From Spirochaetia bacterium (lineage in GTDB: Bacteria; Spirochaetota; Spirochaetia; SZUA-6; Bin103), in assembly GCA_965199955.1 (NCBI GenBank), contig CBDATQ010000001.1, positions 1,696,001 through 1,760,000 of the forward strand: a stretch of DNA of 64,000 bases. Reading direction: 5' to 3'. Below, in pieces: positions 58,556 through 64,000 of the stretch. The notes beneath the pieces were generated by a model. The model searched no databases. It worked only from the letters and a program-made list of their open reading frames with translations, and was not told the origin of the DNA. How positions within the stretch are numbered: the stretch's first letter is position 1; each line of letters starts with the position of its first letter. The position numbers were made by a program, and so were the translations under genes.

Positions 58556-59536
58556 ATGCGGCTGGCAATATCGGGACCGTTGACCGACGAGGTCCTGGCC
58601 TTCGGCGCTCAGATCGGCGCCACCGACTACGTGGGCGATCCACCCGACATCCCGCGCGAGCGGGGCTATTTCGGCTTCCAGGAGCTGATGATCGCCCGCA
58701 ACCGCGTCGAGGACGCGGGCCTGAAGTGGACGGTGGCCGGCATCCCGGAGGAGTGGACGCACCGGATCAAGCTGGGACTTCCGGGACGCGACGCGCAGGT
58801 CACGAGCTGGTGCCGGTCCATCGAGCACCTGGGAGCGGCCGGCGTGCCGGTCCTCCACTACTGCTTCGCGCTGCGCAGCTCCATAGGCCACTACGGCCTG
58901 CGCACCTCGCGCAGCACACCGGGCAGGGGCGGCGCGAAGGTGACCAGCTTCGACCACGATCAGATCAGGTCGGCCACCCAGGACTTCTGGGACCCGCCGG
59001 TCGACCGTTCGCTGGAGGTGACGGACGATCAGATCTGGGACAACCTGACCTGGTTCCTGGAGCGGGTCGTCCCGGTCGCCGAGGACGCTGGCGTCAAGCT
59101 GGCCCTCCATCCGGACGACCCGCCGGTGTCGCCGATCGCCGGCGTGGCGCGGGTGCTGCGCGATCACGCCGCGCTGAAGCGCGTGGTCGACATCGTGCCC
59201 AGCGACGCGAACGGCCTCACCTTCTGCGTAGGGACGATCGGGGCCATGCCCGGGGACGTGCTCGAAGCGATCGAGTACTTCGGCACGCGCGGCAAGATCC
59301 ATCATGTACACTTCAGGAACGTGACCGGCACGGTGCCCGCGTTTTCCGAGACGTTCATCGACGAAGGCTACGTGGACATGGTGAAGGCCATGCGAGCCTG
59401 CCGCGACGCCGGCTTCGACGGGCCCATGGTGGAGGATCACGTGCCGGAGATGGCCGGCGGCCCAGATCAGTGGCCGGCCAAGGCGTTCGCGCTGGGCTAT
59501 ATGAAGGCCGCCATTCAGGCGGCGGGAGCGGACTGA
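58556..59536 (+). CDS. Mannonate dehydratase-like protein (second, divergent paralogue)
   Basis: AGGAG RBS; IKLG.PGRD, LALHPDDPP, HFRNV.G, DHVP. Confidence 0.82.
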   Translation: MRLAISGPLTDEVLAFGAQIGATDYVGDPPDIPRERGYFGFQELMIARNRVEDAGLKWTVAGIPEEWTHRIKLGLPGRDAQVTSWCRSIEHLGAAGVPVLHYCFALRSSIGHYGLRTSRSTPGRGGAKVTSFDHDQIRSATQDFWDPPVDRSLEVTDDQIWDNLTWFLERVVPVAEDAGVKLALHPDDPPVSPIAGVARVLRDHAALKRVVDIVPSDANGLTFCVGTIGAMPGDVLEAIEYFGTRGKIHHVHFRNVTGTVPAFSETFIDEGYVDMVKAMRACRDAGFDGPMVEDHVPEMAGGPDQWPAKAFALGYMKAAIQAAGAD

Positions 59537-59678
59537 ACGCGGACGGCTCCGGGCCAGCCGTTCACCTGCGGCCGGCGGCCGCGGACTGGATCACGACGCC
59601 CCAGTCCTGGCGTATCGTTTCATGGCCCCGGGGATGATCGGTTCGGCGGGTCCTGCCTACCGGACCGAGCCGGCGCCG

Positions 59679-59999
59679 TTACGGCGGGCCGGGGAAGAAG
59701 TCGGCGCCCTGCATCATCATGTCCTGCTGCCTGACCACCAAGCCCTTCACGCGGGGGAGATAGTCGTTGATCCAGCGTGGATCGGTGCGCACCTTCTCGC
59801 GCGCTTCCTGGAAGTGGGCGTAGTCCTGGTAGGCCCAGATGTGTACAATGCGGTTGAGCGGGCCGATGTCGGTGTGGTACCAGCCGGCCAGCTTCACGCC
59901 GTGGTCCTCCCGGATCTTCAGGGCTATCTCACGGACCGCCGCCATGTAGGTCGGCACGGCGCCCGGCTGCACGTCGTAGATTCTCATGTCGTAGATCAT
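59679..59999 (-). CDS. NIPSNAP family protein
   Basis: MIYDMRIY, G.LN..VHIW.Y, R.....DP.W. Confidence 0.85.
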   Translation of the reverse strand: MIYDMRIYDVQPGAVPTYMAAVREIALKIREDHGVKLAGWYHTDIGPLNRIVHIWAYQDYAHFQEAREKVRTDPRWINDYLPRVKGLVVRQQDMMMQGADFFPGPP

Positions 60000-61081
60000 C
60001 GCGTTCCTCCTGTCGCATAGAGCCACGGCACGTCGACGCTGGTCACCTGCAGCGTGGCCAGCCCGTTGCGGCGGGAGTCGCCGGCGCAGTAGGCCAGCAG
60101 GACCCGTTCCGGATCGCCTGCCACGAAGTGCATGGCCGTGTAGCAGTAGTGCCCGTTCGGATCGTCCTCCAGCACCTGCCGGCGCCGCCAGGTACGGCCG
60201 TCGTCCGCGGAGATCGCCGCGGTCAGCGGCGTGCGGGCTCCATGGCGGCTGTGACCGGGATCGTAGCTGTCGTTCCACACCAATAGCAGGTCGCCTGTCG
60301 ACGGAATGCGCTTGATGGACGCAGGCGAGCGGGGCGAGCGGATGTCGCTCGGCACCGGCTGCGTCCAGGTCTCGCCATCGTCGTCGGAGTGGCACAGGTA
60401 CTGGCTGCCCAGCACGGTACGGCTGAACATGAGCAGCCGTCGGTCGCGGAGCTGGACGATGCCCGGCTCCTGCAGCCCGGTGCCGGTGGGGTCGTCGGCC
60501 ACCGCCGCTATGCCGCGTCCACGGCGCCAACTCCGGCCCTGGTCGTCGGACAGGTAGCAGACCGCCTCGCCGGTGGCCACGGGATCGTTCGTCCACGCGG
60601 GCCCGTGGTCGGCGATCGGGGCGATCAGGCGCCCGCTCGCGGAGACCACGACGCGGTCGGCGATGAGGATCAGGTAGCCGTCGTTGTCGGTGATCATGTC
60701 GACCGGGTCGCCCCAGGTCGTCCCGTCGTCGCTCGACCGCCGCACCACCGGCTTGCAGTCGGAGAGGGCATTCTTAAGCAGGTAGAACAGCAGCAGATCT
60801 CCGTCGTCCAACCGCAGCAGGCTCACCGACATCACATTCAGGCCCGCCTCGTTGCCGAGGACGATGTCGTCGCGCTTGGACCACGTGAGCCCGCCGTCGG
60901 CCGAGAAGCGCGCGGCCAGCTCCGCCGGGTCGTGGTCGCCGCCGCGTCCGGACAAGAACCGCGAGTAGATCAGCATGATCCGGCCGTCGCGGAGCTCGAC
61001 GAAGGCTCCTTCGCTGTTGCGCGTGTTGCCCGGCCCCGGCTCCAGCCGGAGCGCCCCTCGCACGCCGGTCCGATCACTCAT
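59996..61081 (-). CDS. Sialidase-family (BNR) protein
   Basis: RNSEG, several SxDxGxTW boxes, QEP, RTPL, YCY. Confidence 0.85.
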   Translation of the reverse strand: MSDRTGVRGALRLEPGPGNTRNSEGAFVELRDGRIMLIYSRFLSGRGGDHDPAELAARFSADGGLTWSKRDDIVLGNEAGLNVMSVSLLRLDDGDLLLFYLLKNALSDCKPVVRRSSDDGTTWGDPVDMITDNDGYLILIADRVVVSASGRLIAPIADHGPAWTNDPVATGEAVCYLSDDQGRSWRRGRGIAAVADDPTGTGLQEPGIVQLRDRRLLMFSRTVLGSQYLCHSDDDGETWTQPVPSDIRSPRSPASIKRIPSTGDLLLVWNDSYDPGHSRHGARTPLTAAISADDGRTWRRRQVLEDDPNGHYCYTAMHFVAGDPERVLLAYCAGDSRRNGLATLQVTSVDVPWLYATGGTR

Positions 61082-61278
61082 GGTCCACCATCATCCCTGA
61101 TGGCCCGGGCAACCTCAAGCGATGCCGTCCGCTGGTCGCACAGGGCCAGCGAATGGCATGTGACAAGGTTGGGAAAAGCATGCACCATGACGCCGGGCTG
61201 AACGTATGTCCAAGAGCTCCTCGGAATCCCTGTGGGTCTTGTCTGGGCAAGCTGCGCGCCAATCGGTAACGCCGTCTC

Positions 61279-62797
61279 ATGTTGACTCGACTTAGAGTCT
61301 CCGGCTTCAAGAATCTGGTCGACGTGGACTTGCGGCTTGGTCCGTTTACGTGTGTCGTTGGGCCGAACGGAGTGGGCAAGTCGAACCTGTTTGATGCGAT
61401 CCGATTCTTGAGTGCGTTGGCAAATCACACCCTCATGGAGGCCGCGACCTCCGTACGCGACCAACACAGCGGCAACGCACATGTGAGGGATCTGTTCCAT
61501 CACGTAGGTGACCGTTATGCCGATCGCATGTCGTTTGTAGCGGAGATGATCGTGCCGCGGCGCGCCATCGACGACCTGGGCCAAGAAGCAGAGGCGAGCA
61601 CTACATTCTTGCGCTACTCGCTCGATCTCGCCTACCGAGAGCCGGATGACCGCTTGGCGCGCGGTGACCTTGCTATCGTCAAGGAAGAGTTGGTTCACAT
61701 CACCAAGCGGGACGCACCCAACCAGCTTCCGTTTCCCCACAGCGCGGGGAAGTGGCGGGACTCCGTTGTAACGGGAAGGCGATCTGTTCCCTATTTCATT
61801 TCGACAGATGGCGATGGCGAGAACAGGATCATCAAGCTCCATCAGGATGGTGGCAGCAGGGGGCGTCCGCTACCGAGGCCAGCCGCCAACCTGCCTCGCA
61901 CGGTCCTGTCAGTCGCCAACGCTGCGGAGAGCCCTACCGTGCTGATGGCACGCCGGGAGATGGAATCGTGGCAACTGGTGCAGCTCGAACCGTCGGCACT
62001 GAGGCAACCGGACGAGTTTGTTTCACCCACCCGGTTGGGAACTGATGGACGCCATCTGGCGGCAACCCTGTATCGCTTGGCACGCAACGCCGGACGTCAG
62101 GCGAGCACCGACGGCAGCAAGGTGGCTGATGAAGCGGCGCCATACTTGGCGGCAAACGGTGGAAACGAGAGTATACAGCGAGATTGCCAGCCGTTTGGCG
62201 GAGCTCATCGACGATGTGCGGCAGATCCACGTAGACCTGGACGAAAAGCGGGAGATCCTGACGCTGTATGTACGCGACAAGGAGGGCACTCCGCACCCCG
62301 CACGTGCACTCTCGGACGGCACATTGCGGTTTCTTGCGCTTTCCGTTCTGGAGAACGACCCCACGATGCAGGGCGTTATCTGTTTGGAAGAGCCGGAAAA
62401 CGGGGTTCACCCCGCACGTATTCCGGCCATATTGAAGTTACTACAAGACATTGCGGTGGACCTGCAGCAGCCTGTCGGGGAGGACAACCCCCTGCGTCAA
62501 GTAATCGTCAACACTCATTCCCCGGTAGTGTTCAAACAAGTGCCGGATGAAAGCGTCGTGTTCGTCAAGACGAGAGAGGCTATGGATGAGGAGGGGCTTC
62601 GCTTCAAGAAAGCGGATTTCCTGTGTTTGTCCGACACTTGGCGCGCCAAGGTGAGTGAATACGCGCCCCGCGGCGACCTGCTTGCATATCTGAATCCCGT
62701 GCTGCCAAGGGAGCGTGGGGAGCCGATACGGAAAAAGCGCGTGATCGATCGGAAGGACGTCAAGCAGTACTCGTGGCACTTTGGTGTCGACTCTTGA
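61279..62797 (+). pseudogene. ABC/SMC-type (AAA_21) ATPase, frameshifted near 62150
   Basis: GFKNL, GPNGVGKSN; second frame has LSDGTLRF, CLEEPENG.HP, NTHSP. Confidence 0.8.
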
Positions 62798-62871
62798 TGA
62801 GCTTGCTGCGTTATACGCTCATAGCGGATGTCGCAAGGGCGGCAGAGGAGCAGAGATGGAGTTCAGAGTAG
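62797..62871 (+). pseudogene. Truncated remnant of the ATPase partner gene
   Basis: TGATG overlap; MSLLRYTLIAD resembles the first strand of TOPRIM-like partners, followed by unrelated sequence. Confidence 0.4.
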
Positions 62872-62968
62872 ATGCCAAGCTACTGCAGGCCGCTTGCGAC
62901 GTAGCTCAGGCAATGAAGCAGGCAGACCGCATCGATGTCGAGCGGCTGGCGCCAGCGGAAGTCGAGTG

Positions 62969-63706
62969 ATGGGCGACATCCTGGATTACGGGCTCTCCTT
63001 CATCTCCGGCAGGGCGGCGGAGAATCGGGTGCGGTTCTGGATCGAGTCGCGGACCCGCATCTTCGACAGCTTGACTGGCAGGAGCGACCACTTCTACCAG
63101 TGCGCCTCCTGCAAGAGCGAACACACCTTCGCGAAACGCGGCCTGTTCGTGGAGGACAACTACGACTTCCTGCCGATCTTCGGTCAGGACCACGGCATCG
63201 TCTTCCGGCGCAAGTCCGCCCGGCACGGCGGGTACCGCGAGACGCGTCCGGCGCACGAGTGGTGGGGCGGTCAGGTGTACCGCCTGGTCCCCGCGGCCGA
63301 CGTGCAGGAGGTGTCCACCTTCGAGGAGATCGCCGCGGCCACCCACCAGGCCAGGCCGCTGGTGGCGGTGACCGAGATCCGCAACGAGGAGACCGGCCTC
63401 AACGCCGCCATCGAGTATCCGGTGAAAACCATGAACATTCACGAGCCCGACCGGATCTACCAGGTCGATACCGGGCCGGTGGCGTGGCCCGACCTGAGCC
63501 GGAGGCGCGAGCGGCTGGCCGACCTGCTGTCGCTTGCCTTCGTCGCCTTCAACGCCCCGCACTTCGCCGACTTCGTGATCGAGGCGCCGACCACGATCGG
63601 CGAGGGGGAGGCGGCGTCCGAGGTCTTTCACTACTCCAAGCTGGTCTCGCTGCCGGCTGCCAACCGCCTGTTCGCGATCGGTCCTGGGTTCGGGGACACG
63701 CGGTGA
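62969..63706 (+). CDS. Uncharacterised protein (paralogue of 34095..34955)
   Basis: VRFWIES, CKSEHT, EYPVKTMN, QVDTGPV..PD; GTGA overlap with the next gene. Confidence 0.78.
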   Translation: MGDILDYGLSFISGRAAENRVRFWIESRTRIFDSLTGRSDHFYQCASCKSEHTFAKRGLFVEDNYDFLPIFGQDHGIVFRRKSARHGGYRETRPAHEWWGGQVYRLVPAADVQEVSTFEEIAAATHQARPLVAVTEIRNEETGLNAAIEYPVKTMNIHEPDRIYQVDTGPVAWPDLSRRRERLADLLSLAFVAFNAPHFADFVIEAPTTIGEGEAASEVFHYSKLVSLPAANRLFAIGPGFGDTR

Positions 63707-64000
63707 AGATCACGGCCGTGACGCCTCACATCATGTGGGGCGGCGATGCGGGCGGGTTCCAGTTCTCCTCCACCCTGTGGGGCCGCGGGGCGGGGCGCAA
63801 CTGGCTGTTCGTCAAGGTGGAGACCGACGCCGGCGTGCACGGCTGGGGCGAGGCGTCCCTGGTCAACCAGACGCCGGCGATCGCTGCGTCGGTCGAGCTG
63901 CTCGGCCGGCAGATCATGCGGCAGGATCCCGCCGCGATCGAGCGGCTCTGGCAGATCATGTACCTGCACAACCGCTACCGAGGCGGCGTGGTGATCAGTT
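63703..64000 (+). CDS. Enolase superfamily dehydratase (galactonate dehydratase-like), runs off the window
   Basis: MKITAV...RNWLFVKVETDAG.HGWGEA...IERLWQ. Confidence 0.85.
   Translation, partial: MKITAVTPHIMWGGDAGGFQFSSTLWGRGAGRNWLFVKVETDAGVHGWGEASLVNQTPAIAASVELLGRQIMRQDPAAIERLWQIMYLHNRYRGGVVIS

Noticed and set aside
61082..61278. Intergenic stretch with a TGATGGCCCG word reminiscent of IS1111 ends
   Set aside because: Single short word, with no convincing stems or terminal repeats.
1..64000. CRISPR arrays, tRNA, rRNA, prophage genes
   Set aside because: No regularly spaced repeats, cloverleaf or rRNA motifs, or phage structural genes seen by eye; a dedicated scan was not possible.

Overview
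High-GC bacterial window, probably from an uncultured genome. It is dominated by carbohydrate and sugar-acid uptake and catabolism: two ABC importers, GH51/GH29/sialidase-type and other glycosidases, a sulfatase, three enolase-superfamily enzymes, two UxuA-like dehydratases, aldo-keto reductases, PhyH, RraA and HpcH-type aldolases. Small lower-GC accessory modules are interspersed: VapBC-type toxin-antitoxins, AAA/DUF4143 ATPases, an ABC-ATPase plus TOPRIM-like pair, DUF488, and Fic, Uma2 and NUDIX remnants. Many genes are decayed by internal deletions that join N- and C-terminal parts. The clearest case is a maltodextrin locus that also contains an 85-bp in-place inversion whose reversal restores a MalF reading frame. 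Other notable items: a roughly 235-nt multi-stem non-coding element beside an IS1634 remnant; two pairs of uncharacterised paralogues, one of them head-to-head around overlapping -10 boxes; a tandemly duplicated permease that kept its own promoter; and repeated leaderless-promoter geometry. No rRNA, tRNA or CRISPR array was seen. All product calls come from reading motifs by eye, not from database searches.
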